A stretch of 64,000 nucleotides of DNA from Microcoleus sp. (GTDB lineage: Bacteria > Cyanobacteriota > Cyanobacteriia > Cyanobacteriales > Microcoleaceae). The translations under genes and the position numbers were made by a program. Below the pieces are notes generated by a model. That model was not told the DNA's origin, did not search any database, and worked only from the letters and a program-made list of their open reading frames with translations. Below, in pieces: positions 45,582 to 57,640 of this stretch (positions within the stretch are counted from its first letter, which is position 1; the number at the start of each line of letters is the position of its first letter). The stretch covers positions 32,001 to 96,000 of the forward strand of contig JAYFMW010000006.1 of assembly GCA_042408215.1 (NCBI GenBank). The letters are read 5' to 3'.

Positions 45582-46673
45582 GTGCGCGTGAACCTTACCG
45601 ATCGGCAACAACACATCCTTTGGGCAACAGTTCGCCACTATATTGCTACAGCCGAACCCGTTGGCTCAAAAGCTTTGGTAGATGAGTACAAACTCAGCGT
45701 CAGCCCAGCTACAATTCGCAATGCGATGGGGGTTCTCGAAAAAGCTGGACTCCTATATCAACCTCACACTTCTGCTGGACGTGTCCCCTCTGACTCTGGC
45801 TACAGAATTTATGTCGATCGATTAATTCAGCCAACCGACAGGCTGGCTGGCAAGGTAGAACAGGTACTAGACCAGCTCAATTGGTCAGATGGTCGCAGAT
45901 CAGCGGTACTTCGAGGTGCGGCTCAAATTCTGGCAACGATCAGCGGTTACATTGCCCTGATCACGATACCGCAAACAAATATGGCTTGCTTGCGGCACTT
46001 GCAACTGGTGCAGCTAGAACCGGGAAAGGTGATGCTGATCGTGGTAACGGATGCCTACGAAACTCAGTCAGTTTTGGTGCAGTTACCTCAAGAGATAGAA
46101 GGTAAAAAGCAGGATGTAGAAATAGTCGATCGCGAATTACAGATTTTATCGAATTTTTTGAACTCTAAGTTGCGGGGGCGATCGTTCTCGGAACTCAGTA
46201 CGATCGCGCTTAGCGAATTAGACCGGGACTTTGAACTGTACGCTGAGTTGATGGGAACCATGCTTGCAGCCTTGAGCCGCCGGGCCCAGACTCCAACCTA
46301 CACGCGGATACTGATCGGCGGTTTGGCAGAAGCCCTGCGCTTGCCGGAGTTTTCGCAGTTGCAGCAAGTTCAAACCCTGGTACAACTCCTGGAACAAGAA
46401 CAGGAACTGCTTTGGCCTTTGATCTTTGAATCGGCTGACTTGGAAAAAGCTGGGAAGCGGGTGACAGTGCGAATTGGCTCGGAAAACTCCCTAGAACCAA
46501 TTCGCGGCTGTACTCTGATTTCCTCGACTTACAGGCGGGGTTCTTTGCCGGTGGGGAGCGTTGGGGTTTTGGGGCCGACGCGGATGGTTTACGAAAATGC
46601 GATCGCCGTGGTAGAAGCTGCGGCGGATTACCTGTCAGAAGCTATTGGCGGAAATCCAGCCAATTTTCCGTAA
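45582..46673 (+). CDS. hrcA: Heat-inducible transcription repressor
   Basis: [33 protein letters not shown]. Confidence 0.95.
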   Translation: MRVNLTDRQQHILWATVRHYIATAEPVGSKALVDEYKLSVSPATIRNAMGVLEKAGLLYQPHTSAGRVPSDSGYRIYVDRLIQPTDRLAGKVEQVLDQLNWSDGRRSAVLRGAAQILATISGYIALITIPQTNMACLRHLQLVQLEPGKVMLIVVTDAYETQSVLVQLPQEIEGKKQDVEIVDRELQILSNFLNSKLRGRSFSELSTIALSELDRDFELYAELMGTMLAALSRRAQTPTYTRILIGGLAEALRLPEFSQLQQVQTLVQLLEQEQELLWPLIFESADLEKAGKRVTVRIGSENSLEPIRGCTLISSTYRRGSLPVGSVGVLGPTRMVYENAIAVVEAAADYLSEAIGGNPANFP

Positions 46674-46726
46674 GGACGATCGGTAGTCAGTGCATCAGAA
46701 GTTCGTAGATGCACCCAGATTAGATA

Positions 46727-46757
46727 GCCCCTTGCTGAATAAGCAGGGGTTTTTTTG
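46727..46757 (+). terminator. Rho-independent terminator after hrcA
   Basis: CCCCTTGCT-GAAT-AAGCAGGGG followed by T-run. Confidence 0.7.
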
Positions 46758-47030
46758 TGTCATAGCAGATGTTGAAGTCAGAATTCAGAATTCAGAAGGA
46801 AAATGCAATAAAATCAATGGTTTCAGCAATTAATAACGTCCTAACTGCCAGGCGCGGTGGCGATCGAAAAAAAAGTCAGATTTTCCCTCTCTCCCTCTCT
46901 TCCTCTCCCCATCCCCCCTCTGGGCAGGGCTGTTTCATTCTGTGTAGGGCCAGCCAAGAGTGCCGGCCCTGGGGTCTGAAACGCTCATTACATCGTTTGT
47001 GGGAGGGGTAGGCACGGGGCACTACCCCTA

Positions 47031-47402
47031 CAAAATCGCGATTTGCCTGAGAATGAAACCGCCCAGCCCCCTCTGGGGGGAGCGAGCAAATGTAAACATA
47101 AAAGTCAAAATATTAAGACATTTTTGAGAGTTGGTCAAAAAGATCTAAAAAAGATTAGTGTTATGATTAAGGTCATTTGTGTTTTGGGAATCACTAAGGT
47201 TAACGGATTGCAAATAACTTTTAGCAAATTTGGCAAATTTGACCAAGACAGAGATGAAAATGCTGCTAAAAATATAGAGCAAGTCGGGATGGGGAATCGC
47301 CACGACTCTAAACGGACGCAGAGACAGAGTAAGACTACTCCGGTAGCATCAGTCGGTGAAGCGTCAAGAATCACCGCACCGACCGGGCGGTGAGTATTTC
47401 AA
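47031..47402 (+). mobile_element. Internally deleted IS200/IS605 relic retaining tnpB 3' end and right end; left boundary approximate
   Basis: Encodes DRDENAAKNI; ends AGAATCACCGCACCGACCGGGCGGTGAGTATTTCAA. Confidence 0.7.
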
Positions 47403-47451
47403 TACAGAGTTAAGAGCAAAACGAGATTTAGGCAATTTTTTTTAGGATTCA

Positions 47452-49059
47452 ATGAAATCGACCGATCGAACTAAAAATACCTTTGCGATTACCACGCCTC
47501 TGTACTATGTAAACGATTTACCTCACGTTGGCAGCGCTTACCCGACTATGGCTGCTGATGCTGTAGCCAGATTTGAGCGACTGCGGGGTAAATCAGTTTT
47601 GCTAATTACGGGGACGGACGAGCACGGGCAGAAAATTCAACGCACGGCTGAGAGTTTGGGGCGATCGCCCCAAGCTCACTGCGACCTAGTAGTTCCCGGA
47701 TTTGAAGCGCTTTGGGAGCAACTCGATATCCAGTACGATCGCTTCATCCGCACGACAGCAAGGCGCCACGAGTACATTGTCAAAGAATTTTTCCAGCGCG
47801 TCTGGAATGCCGGCGACATCTACTTGAATCAGCAAGAGGGCTGGTACTGCGTTTCCTGCGAAGAGTTCAAAGACGAACGGGAATTGCTACCGGGTAAGCG
47901 GTGTCCGATCCACGCCAGCAAAGAAGTTGAGTGGCGCGACGAGGAGAACTACTTTTTCCGCCTGTCGCGTTATCAAGACCAACTGCTCGCCCTTTATCAA
48001 GAACGTCCAGACTTCATCGCGCCGGAAAGCCGGCGCAACGAAGTGCTCAGTTTCGTCAATTCGGGACTGCAAGACTTTTCGATTTCTAGGGTGAATCTCG
48101 AATGGGGCCTGCCGGTGCCGTTCGATCCAAGTCACACTATTTATGTCTGGTTTGACGCTTTGCTAGGATACGTCACGGCTTTGCTCGATCCAGACAGTGA
48201 CCCGACTCTAGAGAATGCTGTATCTAAATGGTGGCCGATCGACCTGCACTTAATCGGCAAAGATATTCTCCGTTTCCACGCAGTTTACTGGCCGGCAATG
48301 CTGATGTCAGCAGGCTTGCCGGTGCCGGGCCGTGTCTTCGCACACGGTTTTTTGACCAAAGATGGCAAAAAAATGGGTAAAACGGAGGGCAATACTTTAA
48401 ACCCAGTAGAATTGGTGAATAAATACGGCGCTGATGCAGTGCGTTACTATTTCCTGAAAGAAATTGAGTTCGGACAGGATGGCGATTTTAACGAAACTCG
48501 GTTTATCAATACATTGAATGCTGAGTTAGCAAATGATTTGGGAAATTTGCTGAACCGCACCTTAAACATGGCTCGTAAATATTGCGGTGGTTGTGTTCCT
48601 AATGTGTCGGGCGAAAACATTTCCGGCGACAACCTTCTCAAGGTGATGAGCCTGAATTTGGGCGATCGAGTAGCTGGTTTTTACGAGGAATTGGCGTTTA
48701 GCAAGGCTTGCGAAGCCGTACTGGCTTTGGTTCGAGCTGGAAATAAGTTTATTGACGTGCAAGCACCTTGGAGTTTGTATAAGCAGGGGCAGCACGAAAC
48801 GGTCGGACAAGTGCTATATTCAGTTCTGGAATCTGTTAGAATAGCATCTTACCTTTTATCGCCGATTATACCCAATATCAGCAGTGCTATCTATCAACAG
48901 CTCGGTTTTTCAATAGACTTTAACGATCGGGTAACAGTTAACAGTTTAACCAATTTTGCAACTCACTCTGTTTGGGGCGCTTTGCCGGCTAACCAAACTC
49001 TGGGGGAAGCCCAGCCAGTTTTTAAGAGGCTGGAACTGCTGGAGACATTACCGTCGTAG
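47452..49059 (+). CDS. metG: Methionine--tRNA ligase
   Basis: TTPLYYVN..PHVGS, GTDEHGQK, YVWFDAL, GKDI.RFH, KMGKT. Confidence 0.96.
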   Translation: MKSTDRTKNTFAITTPLYYVNDLPHVGSAYPTMAADAVARFERLRGKSVLLITGTDEHGQKIQRTAESLGRSPQAHCDLVVPGFEALWEQLDIQYDRFIRTTARRHEYIVKEFFQRVWNAGDIYLNQQEGWYCVSCEEFKDERELLPGKRCPIHASKEVEWRDEENYFFRLSRYQDQLLALYQERPDFIAPESRRNEVLSFVNSGLQDFSISRVNLEWGLPVPFDPSHTIYVWFDALLGYVTALLDPDSDPTLENAVSKWWPIDLHLIGKDILRFHAVYWPAMLMSAGLPVPGRVFAHGFLTKDGKKMGKTEGNTLNPVELVNKYGADAVRYYFLKEIEFGQDGDFNETRFINTLNAELANDLGNLLNRTLNMARKYCGGCVPNVSGENISGDNLLKVMSLNLGDRVAGFYEELAFSKACEAVLALVRAGNKFIDVQAPWSLYKQGQHETVGQVLYSVLESVRIASYLLSPIIPNISSAIYQQLGFSIDFNDRVTVNSLTNFATHSVWGALPANQTLGEAQPVFKRLELLETLPS

Positions 49060-49108
49060 TTGGGGGGAGCGATCGGGGTACTCTTACCGATCGCCAATTA
49101 GCTCTTAT

Positions 49109-49406
49109 AAAGAATACCCTGAAAACCCTGTGACTTTAGTCCAGGGATGAAAGAGCGTTGCAGGATAAATCCAGCCAGCCCTCTTTATGCAAGACACAAA
49201 CCACATTCTGTTACCAGAAAAATGTGGGATGGATACACAGACGCAGGTCTGGGAAGCAAATGCCTACCACAAGTAGCCATAGACTCAGCAATGGGCGAGT
49301 GGGTAGTGGGTTATTGACAAACCCTTTAAGCATCAAGATTTGGGTGGATTCATCCCCCAAAGTTTTTCCTTAAGAATCCCCGTGTCTTTAGACCGGGGAG
49401 TGTCAA
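49109..49406 (+). mobile_element. Non-autonomous 298-bp derivative of the copy A/B IS605 element
   Basis: TTAT target, near-identical left hairpin and 3' region ending GGGGAGTGTCAA; no tnpB ORF. Confidence 0.88.
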
Positions 49407-49448
49407 TTCATTACCGAATCTTTCATAAAAATTTGAGGCATAACAATC

Positions 49449-50054
49449 ATGTTGAATAGAATAGAAAATAGTGACCTTTTTACGCCGGAACAAGTTTTAG
49501 AAAATCGGGGAAGAGTGGCAATTTTTATTGATGGCTCTAACCTGTTTTACGCAGCTTTGCAGTTGGGAATAGAAATAGATTATACCAAGTTGCTGTGCCG
49601 TTTAACGGCGGGTTCGCGGCTGCTGCGCTCTTTTTTCTACACTGGTGTCGATCGCACTAACGAGAAACAGCAGGGGTTTTTGCTGTGGATGCGCCGCAAC
49701 GGCTATCGGGTGATTTCTAAGGATTTGGTGCAGTTACCAGACGGTTCTAAGAAGGCGAATTTAGATGTAGAAATTGCTGTGGATATGATGGCCTTGGTGG
49801 GGTCTTATGACACGGCGGTTTTGGTGAGTGGTGACGGCGATTTGGCTTATGCGGTGGATGCTGTTAGCTATCGTGGCGTGCGGGTGGAGGTGGTGAGTTT
49901 GCGATCGATGACTAGCGACAGTTTGATTAATGTAGCCGATCGCTATATTGATTTGGAAATGATTAAGGACGACATTCAAAAAACATCGCGTCCCATTTAT
50001 GCTTATCGCCCTTTGTCGGATCTTAGCTTGATGGATCAACACGACGACAGATAG
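49449..50054 (+). CDS. NYN-domain (LabA/DUF88) protein
   Basis: IFIDGSN, KKANLDVEIAVD, SGDGD. Confidence 0.9.
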   Translation: MLNRIENSDLFTPEQVLENRGRVAIFIDGSNLFYAALQLGIEIDYTKLLCRLTAGSRLLRSFFYTGVDRTNEKQQGFLLWMRRNGYRVISKDLVQLPDGSKKANLDVEIAVDMMALVGSYDTAVLVSGDGDLAYAVDAVSYRGVRVEVVSLRSMTSDSLINVADRYIDLEMIKDDIQKTSRPIYAYRPLSDLSLMDQHDDR

Positions 50055-50237
50055 GGAGTTGGTAATAGGTAAGGGGTAATGGGGAATAGGGAATGGGTAA
50101 TGGGTTGAATCCTTGAAAATTAGAAGTTAAAAATTTAGATAAAATATGACACATTTTTAATTTTTGATTTACTGTTTTTAATTACCCAATTACAAATTAC
50201 CAATTCCCGATTACCAATTACCAATTACCCATTACTA

Positions 50238-51434
50238 ATGATTCATTTCACATCCAAAATTCCCAATCTCAAAGCCCCAAAAGCGGTGCTGCAAATTTTA
50301 GCGGCGCTGATTTTGGGGATTGGCGGTTGTGCGGCGACGGAAGTCCCTCAAAAGAACAAGTTAGCTGAGGATCTGAAAACTGCTGAAAAGTCAAACAGCA
50401 CTTTAACTTTGAATAAAGTAACTCTAGAACAAGCCAATGAGAAGGGAGAGATGTTCTGGAAAGTAAACTCAAAAAATGCTGTTTACAGCAAAGACCAAAA
50501 GGTGGTTAACGTTCAGAAACCAGTGGGAAAATTGTTTCAGGACGGCAAAGAAATTTACGATATTCAGGCGGAAAGTGGCGATGTATTTCAGGAAGGAAAT
50601 CAGGTTTTTCTGAAGGGCAAAATAGTCGCTACTGACCTCAAAAATGGAGTGGTATTGCGGGGAAATGAGTTGGAGTGGCGGCCGAAGGAAGATATTTTAG
50701 TTGTTCGCAATAATTTGACTGGAGACAACAAACAGGTGAGTGCTTCAGCGAAGGAAGCGCGAGTTTTCACTAGGGCGAGGAGGATGGAGTTATTCGGTTC
50801 TGTGGTGGCGGATATTAAAGATCCGGTTTTGCAATTGCGAACGGAGCATTTAGTATGGTTTCTGGATCAGCAAAAGGTAAATAGCGATCGACCGACTCAA
50901 ATCGATCGATACAAAGATAAAATAGTTACAGACAGGGGTTTCGCCGACCAAATAGATGTAGACTTAAAAACCAAGATTGCGACGCTGACAAAAAATGCTC
51001 AATTGATGCCGACCGACCCGCCGCTGCAAATAGAAAGCAGTTTGATGAGTTGGAATTTTCCGGCACAAAGTGTGGTTTCCCCAGGGCCAGTGAAGATTTT
51101 TCACCGGGTGGAAAAGGTGACGATGACTGGGGATACGGGTAGGGGAGATTTAGATCGAAAAGTTTTTTATTTGACGGGAAATGTGGTAGGAATTGGGGAA
51201 AAACGTCAAGCTCAATTGAATACCGATCGAGTAACTTGGTATTTAACTAATCAGACTTTCGATGCGGAAGGAAATGTGGTTTACCGGCAATTAGATCCGG
51301 TGTTTAATTTAACTGGGCCGAAGGCTTCGGGACAGCTTAAAGATCAAACTGTGATTGTCAAAGGCGACGGTGGCGGTGGCCAAGTTGTGACGGAGTTTGT
51401 TCCTGATGAGCAGAAGGCAACTTTGGGACAGTAG
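50238..51434 (+). CDS. lptC: LPS export periplasmic protein, LptC family
   Basis: Lipoprotein-like signal (IGGC), beta-jellyroll-type repeats, located after the NYN gene as typical in cyanobacteria. Confidence 0.78.
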   Translation: MIHFTSKIPNLKAPKAVLQILAALILGIGGCAATEVPQKNKLAEDLKTAEKSNSTLTLNKVTLEQANEKGEMFWKVNSKNAVYSKDQKVVNVQKPVGKLFQDGKEIYDIQAESGDVFQEGNQVFLKGKIVATDLKNGVVLRGNELEWRPKEDILVVRNNLTGDNKQVSASAKEARVFTRARRMELFGSVVADIKDPVLQLRTEHLVWFLDQQKVNSDRPTQIDRYKDKIVTDRGFADQIDVDLKTKIATLTKNAQLMPTDPPLQIESSLMSWNFPAQSVVSPGPVKIFHRVEKVTMTGDTGRGDLDRKVFYLTGNVVGIGEKRQAQLNTDRVTWYLTNQTFDAEGNVVYRQLDPVFNLTGPKASGQLKDQTVIVKGDGGGGQVVTEFVPDEQKATLGQ

Positions 51435-51576
51435 ATTAGGATTGGTGACAACTTAACGTCAAACCGACAGTCTTTCTTGTTTGTGTCGAAGTCTAGATCC
51501 CCCCTAACCCCCCTTAATAAGGGGGGGACTTGAACGCAGATATAATGAAGATTAAATTGAGTAAGGAGCAGTTGGG

Positions 51577-52158
51577 ATGATCGCAACTTTAGAAAAGTTA
51601 GAAAGGCTCGATGAACCTATCTTAATTGACGGGATGAGCTGGAGAGAGTTTAAAGCTGTTGAACAGCTTCTCTCACGTCCTGGAATCAGACTGTCGTTTT
51701 TAGATGGGGTATTGGAGATTAGACGTAGGCCTGGAGAAAAACATGAAACTGTCAAGCAGCGGATTTCAACGCTGTTGGATTTGTATTTGGAATACGCAGG
51801 GATTGATTTTACGCCAACTGGCTCGGTGACGCTGGAAAGTGAAACTGGAATGGTGAAGCGAGAAGCGGATTTGTCTTACGAATTGGGAGCTAACCGAGAA
51901 CTTCCAGATTTGGTGGTGGAAGTGGTGGTGACTAGCGGTGGTATTAATAAGTTGGAAGCTTACAAACCCTTGCAAATTCCTGAAGTTTGGTTTTGGGAAA
52001 ATGGCGTGTTCCGTTTGTATTCGTTGGGGGCTGATGGATACACTGAGGTCGATCGCTCTTTTGTGTTGCCAGAGTTAGATATTGTGTTATTAGCGCGCTG
52101 TATTAATATTGAAAATCACCTTCAGGCAATGCGGGAATTCAGGCAAGCTATTCAATAG
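51577..52158 (+). CDS. Uma2-family endonuclease
   Basis: EADLSY, PDLVVEVVVTS, IPEVWFW. Confidence 0.88.
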   Translation: MIATLEKLERLDEPILIDGMSWREFKAVEQLLSRPGIRLSFLDGVLEIRRRPGEKHETVKQRISTLLDLYLEYAGIDFTPTGSVTLESETGMVKREADLSYELGANRELPDLVVEVVVTSGGINKLEAYKPLQIPEVWFWENGVFRLYSLGADGYTEVDRSFVLPELDIVLLARCINIENHLQAMREFRQAIQ

Positions 52159-52582
52159 AATTTGATTGTGAAATTAAGTTTGTAATAATGACTTCTGCCC
52201 TTTCTTAAAGCTTTTAGTTACTCAGGACTAAAGTCCTTACTACAAACCAGTTTGATTGTGAATAATTAACCCACATTCCGCACCACCCAACTGGCACATA
52301 CACTGCAAGAGCGGCTCGAAGTCGATCGGGAGAGACAGTATTTAACCCAAATTAGCAGCAGACAATCGACAGCCAAACCAGATATTAATTAGACCCGTTC
52401 TACTGAGAACTCTAGCTCTAGCCGTATATTTAAAGTTCAAGCATAACTGGAATTAGATGCTAGACTGACTATTGTCTCTCCTGATTCATTAGTAAATTTT
52501 GATGTTTCTGTGGATGAACGATCGCAAGACTGATCCCGAAATTGCTAATTTCTGAGGTTGTTCTCCTCAGATAACAGCCTAT

Positions 52583-52830
52583 CTAGCCAAAAACACAGGG
52601 ATGCAGTTGAGAACCCTGGCCGAACAGCGCGATCGGGTCCGCCCCATTGTCTTGGTAAAGCTGGATGCCATTCACCATTAGTTGCATCAGGGACTTCCCT
52701 CCCATCAAAGCAGCGAAGTCAGCAAGATATCCCCGATCGGCCCGCTGCGTTTCCGGCGATCGCCCGTGCAGCCAGATATTTTTCAGCTTCGCATCTGATT
52801 CAACCTGAACTAATGGCAATGTTGAGTTTA
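52583..52830 (-). pseudogene. N-terminal remnant of a tyrosine recombinase/integrase
   Basis: SDAKLKNIWLHGRSPETQRA..YLADF resembles cyanobacterial integrase N-domains; no catalytic domain. Confidence 0.5.
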
Positions 52831-52968
52831 GGGTTGATTTAGGCACTATGCACTCTACATGATTAGGACTTACGCATAGATCCCCCAAACCCCTTGACAA
52901 AGGGGCTTTCAAGTGGCCCCCTTTTTGAAGCGGTTCCCCCTTTTTGAAGCGGTTCCCCCCTGGTTAAG

Positions 52969-54607
52969 GCTACCCTGTACACACAAGTCCGAAATCTGTG
53001 AATACAATTCCTGAAACCCAAGTCTCGCAGGAATCTCAGAAAGGAAGCCGATCAAAAATAGCCTGAAAACCCGCTCGACTTTAGTCCAGGGATGAAAGGC
53101 AGAAGTAGACTAAAGTCTACCACTGAGAGCTTTGCCAAATGTGGTAAAATCAATTAACGCAGGTGAAACAAAGTGTACGCAGTACAAAAAGACTGATGGC
53201 ATTTAACGGGACTCGACAAGACCATAGTTGAGCAACTGCTCAGATGGTCAAATAACCTGTTCTATGTGGGGACTTACGAGAATCGGCAACGATACTTTAA
53301 GGACAAAAGCGCGATTAAATATCCAGATTTGTACAAAATAGCTAAAACTCACGAAAATTAGGGATGGCTCTACTCGCAAGTCGCTCAGCAATCTCTCAAA
53401 TCTGTCGCAGAATCTTTGAGATATTTCCGAGCATTATCCAAGTTAGCCCTCAAGGGAGAACTTAATCAAAAGCCGAGACTGCCAAGGTACAGAAATAAAG
53501 GGGAATGTACCCTGTTTCTTACCCTGGTCAAGCTCTAAAATTGGTGGGTAATAAAGTCATGTTGCCTCTGGGAAACAAAGGAAAAGAACATTTTGGCACG
53601 GATGCAATTTGGGTTCCGTTACCCGAACGTCTCCAAGGGATAGAGATTAAAGAAATCAGGTTAATCCCTAGAAATGGTAAGGTCTGGGTTGAGTATGTAC
53701 AGGAATCTATCACCTAAATTGCGCGTAGTTGTAGTTGGGAAGTGACGGTCATTTTGGGAATCGATAATGGCATCAATAACTGGTTAACCTGTGTGTCCAG
53801 CGGTAAACCTTTGAGTATTGACTGTCACAAATTAAAATCTTGGAATCAACAGTTTAACAAGGAAAGGGCGAGAATTAAACCCGAACACGCACGGCATAAA
53901 CTACCTCAAGGTTGCTAGTCAAAAAGATTGCAGCAGTTGTCTGAAACTCGCGCACTGAGAATGAGAGATGCAGTCAATAAAGCAGTGGGAAACATAGTTC
54001 AATATTGCGAAGATTACCAAATTAATGTAGTTGTATTTGGCGGTCAAAAATGGCAAAAACAGGAAGTAAATATGGGGGGGCAAGAACCATCATAATTTTG
54101 TGCATATTCCTACAGCTAAAGTGAAAGAACGGTTGACTCAAGAATGCGAATTAAGGGGTTGGCGATTTATCGAGCAAGACGAGTCTTATACCTCGAAAAG
54201 TAGTTGTTTATACCGAGACTTTCTGCCAGTAAAGGTCGGTGAAAAACCCGACAATTGGCAACTGTCAGGTAAACGAATCAAGGGAGGTTTGTAGCGCTCG
54301 CTTCACTGGCTTGCTAATCAATGCAGACGCTAATGGTGCCACTAATATCATCAGAAAAGCAAAAGTAGCCACAGACTCAATAATCTCGCTGTGTGGGTAG
54401 TGGGCTATTGACAAACCCTTTAACAATAAAGCTTTGGGCGGATTCATCCCCAAAAATTTTTCCTCAAGAATCCCCGCGTATGCGAGACCGGGGAGTGTCA
54501 ATTTCATGAATTTTAAGTGATTGAGAAGGCAAAACGAGAAATCAAGGTTCTAGGAAACAGGTTTTCTACAATATGGGTCAGCGATCAACTTGTGTGTACA
54601 GGGTAGC
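52969..54607. mobile_element. MITE with 20-bp TIRs hosting the decayed IS605 copy
   Basis: GCTACCCTGTACACACAAGT ... ACTTGTGTGTACAGGGTAGC. Confidence 0.8.
53053..54501 (+). mobile_element. Decayed IS605 tnpB element (copy A/B family) with multiple stops and frameshifts
   Basis: Similar left and right hairpins, TCAA end; fragments YPGQALK, EQDESYTS. Confidence 0.88.
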
Positions 54608-54841
54608 TTTTTAAGGGTGGCTCTGGGGGTCTGGATGGCTCTGGGTTTCAGGCCGTATAGTGCGTAATTCCTGACTATAATTGTATGCTTAGATCACTTC
54701 GTATTGAGGTCAAGACCTACAAGTCAATGGAGGTGTACTCAATATAGAGGGAATCAAGAATTTCCCTAGAGATCGCTTTAAATGATTAAGGGTGAGCGAC
54801 TGTTGTTATTGAAACAATCCAAATACTAAAATCACTCCGCC

Positions 54842-57640
54842 ATGACACTAATCGCAAGTGAGCATCAACCGGCAAAAAGCCCTCAAAAAATCCCCCTGCG
54901 CCTGGTCTTAGTCGTACCATTCGTCCTGCAAATCTTTGCCGCCGTCGGACTGACAGGTTGGCTCTCGCTACGCAACGGCAAAACCGCCGTAAACAACGTT
55001 ACTAGCCAATTACGAACGGAGGTAGTCGCCCGCATCAATCAACAACTAAACACTTACTTGGAAACGCCCCATTTGGTCAATGCTATCAGCGTCGATGCCA
55101 TTCGTCGCTTTGGGTTGTGGAATCCAGAAAATATGAGTTCAATGAGAAGCTACTTCTTCTGGCAACTCAACCAATTTTCCACCGTTAGTTACATCAGTTT
55201 TGGAGGGGAAAGAAAAGAATATGCAGGTGCTGGATATAAGGATGATGGCAGTGTTGTTATTGAAATAACCGATCGATCTACTAATTTTCTCAATACGATC
55301 GTCACCGTAGATAGAGAGGGTAACCAGACTCAGTTTAAGGAAACTCACCCAGACTACGATCCTCGCATTCGACCCTGGTATAAAGCCGCACAAGTTGCAG
55401 GTAAACCCCAATGGAATAAAATTTATCAATATTATATTCAACCCAGCCTAGGAATCTCCGCGAGCCAACCAGTTTACGATAAAAATGGCACTTTTCGAGG
55501 GGTGGTCAGTACCGATCTGTTTCTCTCGAAAATCGGCGATTTTCTCCAAAGTTTAAAAATTGGTAGATCGGGAAAGACTTTTATCATAGAACACTCTGGT
55601 TTGCTAGTGGCTTCTTCCACCGCAGAAAAGCCATTTATTAACATAAAAAATAGCCAAAAAACGCAAAGATTAAAAGCGATTCAAAGTAGCGTACCTTTGA
55701 TCAAGGGTACAGCGCAGCATTTAAGAGAACGCTTTGGTAACTTCACCGAAATTGACAGCAACCAGCAACTAGACTTCATCCTAGATGGTCAGCGGGAATT
55801 CGTGCAAGTATCCCCATTCCAAGATGGTCGAGGTCTTGATTGGCTGATTGTTGTAGTCGTTCCAGAAGCCGACTTTATGGAGCAAATCAATGCTAATACC
55901 CGCAGCACTATCCTACTCTGCGTTTTAGCGTTAGTGCTAGCGACGTTGTTAGGAATCCTCGCCTCTCGCTGGATTACCCATCCTATTTTTCTTTTGAGTC
56001 AAGCGAGTAGATCAATCGCTAACGGTCAATTAGACCAAAAAGTAGAGGTAAATCCCATAGATGAACTGGGAATTCTCGCTCAATCTTTTAACCAAATGGC
56101 ACAGCAATTGCGCGAGTCTTTTACTGCTTTAGAAAAGACCAACTCAGAGCTAGAAAATCGAGTAGAAGAACGGACAAGTCAGCTAAAGGAGGCAAAAGTT
56201 ACCGCTGATACTGCTAACCAAGCCAAAAGCCAGTTTCTCGCCAACATGAGCCATGAACTCCGCACCCCCCTGAACGGAATTCTAGGATATGCTCAAATTA
56301 TGGAACGCGATCAAAGTACCAGTCCTAAACAAAAAGATGCGATTCAAGTTATTCACCAGTGTGGTTCGCACTTACTCACTCTGATTAACGATATTTTAGA
56401 CCTTTCTAAAATTGAAGCCAGTAAAATGGAACTTTACAGTTCAGCTTTTAATTTTCCTTCTTTTCTGATGGGAGTTGTCGAAATGTGCCGCATCCGAGCT
56501 GAACAAAAAGAAATTACATTTAATTATCAAGTATTAAATCAACTTCCTAACGCAGTCAATGCCGATGAAAAACGACTGCGCCAAGTTTTGATTAACCTTT
56601 TGGGTAATGGGATTAAATTTACCGAAAAAGGGGGTGTTATTTTTCAGGTAGGCGTAATAGGTAAGGGGGAAGAATTTGACCAATTACCACTGATTAAAAT
56701 TCGTTTCCAGATCCAAGATACTGGGGTGGGGATGGCACCCGAACAGTTACAAAAAATATTTTTACCGTTTGAACAAGTCGGAAATAGTCAGCAGAAGGCA
56801 GAAGGCACCGGGTTAGGATTAGCAATCTCACAGAAAATTGTTCAAATGATGGGAGGCGAAATAAAAGTCGAAAGTATACTCGGTCAAGGCAGCATTTTTT
56901 CCCTGGATTTAGAGTTCACTCAATCATCTGAATATATTGAGCAATTTTCTATCAATAAATTCCTCAAGTTAACAGGTTTTAAAGGAAATAAAGATAAAAT
57001 TTTGCTAGTAGACGATCGTTTTTCTAATCGAGGTTTTCTTAAGAATCTTTTAGAACCACTAGGTTTTAAAATTATGGAAGCTTGTAATGGACAAGAGGGT
57101 TTAGATAAAGCTGCGGAGTTTCAACCCGATCTGATTATCACAGACTTAGTGATGCCAGTAATGGATGGATTTGAAATGTCTCGGCGCTTGCGACAATCAC
57201 CAGAATTTAAAGATATAATATTGATAGCATCCAGTGCCAGCGTGTTTGAATTCGATCTGCAAAATAGCCAAGAAGCAGGTTGTAACGAGTTCCTAGCAAA
57301 GCCAATTCAAGTAGAAAAATTGCTAGAAGTATTAAGGATATACTTGCAAATAGAATGGATTTACGACCAACCTGCTGATTTGGCGAACGAACAGCAGGAA
57401 GGTTTCACTAATTTATTAAATGTTCAAAGTCGTGAGCTTGCGATCCCGCCATCAGCAGAGCTGGTAGCGCTGTTTAATGCGGCTCGGATCGGCGATATTG
57501 AAGTTGTTGAACAGGAAGCCAATAGACTCAAGCAGATAGACGGCAACTATCTACCCTTTGCTAATAAACTCTTGGAATTTGCCAAAAATTTTGAAGAAAA
57601 AGAACTACTAGCTTTTGTCAGAAAAAATTTGAGTGAATAA
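54842..57640 (+). CDS. Hybrid sensor histidine kinase (Cache-HAMP-HisKA-HATPase-REC)
   Basis: [44 protein letters not shown]. Confidence 0.93.
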   Translation: MTLIASEHQPAKSPQKIPLRLVLVVPFVLQIFAAVGLTGWLSLRNGKTAVNNVTSQLRTEVVARINQQLNTYLETPHLVNAISVDAIRRFGLWNPENMSSMRSYFFWQLNQFSTVSYISFGGERKEYAGAGYKDDGSVVIEITDRSTNFLNTIVTVDREGNQTQFKETHPDYDPRIRPWYKAAQVAGKPQWNKIYQYYIQPSLGISASQPVYDKNGTFRGVVSTDLFLSKIGDFLQSLKIGRSGKTFIIEHSGLLVASSTAEKPFINIKNSQKTQRLKAIQSSVPLIKGTAQHLRERFGNFTEIDSNQQLDFILDGQREFVQVSPFQDGRGLDWLIVVVVPEADFMEQINANTRSTILLCVLALVLATLLGILASRWITHPIFLLSQASRSIANGQLDQKVEVNPIDELGILAQSFNQMAQQLRESFTALEKTNSELENRVEERTSQLKEAKVTADTANQAKSQFLANMSHELRTPLNGILGYAQIMERDQSTSPKQKDAIQVIHQCGSHLLTLINDILDLSKIEASKMELYSSAFNFPSFLMGVVEMCRIRAEQKEITFNYQVLNQLPNAVNADEKRLRQVLINLLGNGIKFTEKGGVIFQVGVIGKGEEFDQLPLIKIRFQIQDTGVGMAPEQLQKIFLPFEQVGNSQQKAEGTGLGLAISQKIVQMMGGEIKVESILGQGSIFSLDLEFTQSSEYIEQFSINKFLKLTGFKGNKDKILLVDDRFSNRGFLKNLLEPLGFKIMEACNGQEGLDKAAEFQPDLIITDLVMPVMDGFEMSRRLRQSPEFKDIILIASSASVFEFDLQNSQEAGCNEFLAKPIQVEKLLEVLRIYLQIEWIYDQPADLANEQQEGFTNLLNVQSRELAIPPSAELVALFNAARIGDIEVVEQEANRLKQIDGNYLPFANKLLEFAKNFEEKELLAFVRKNLSE

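Noticed and set aside
45450..45582. CIRCE element upstream of hrcA
   Set aside because: No TTAGCACTC-N9-GAGTGCTAA match
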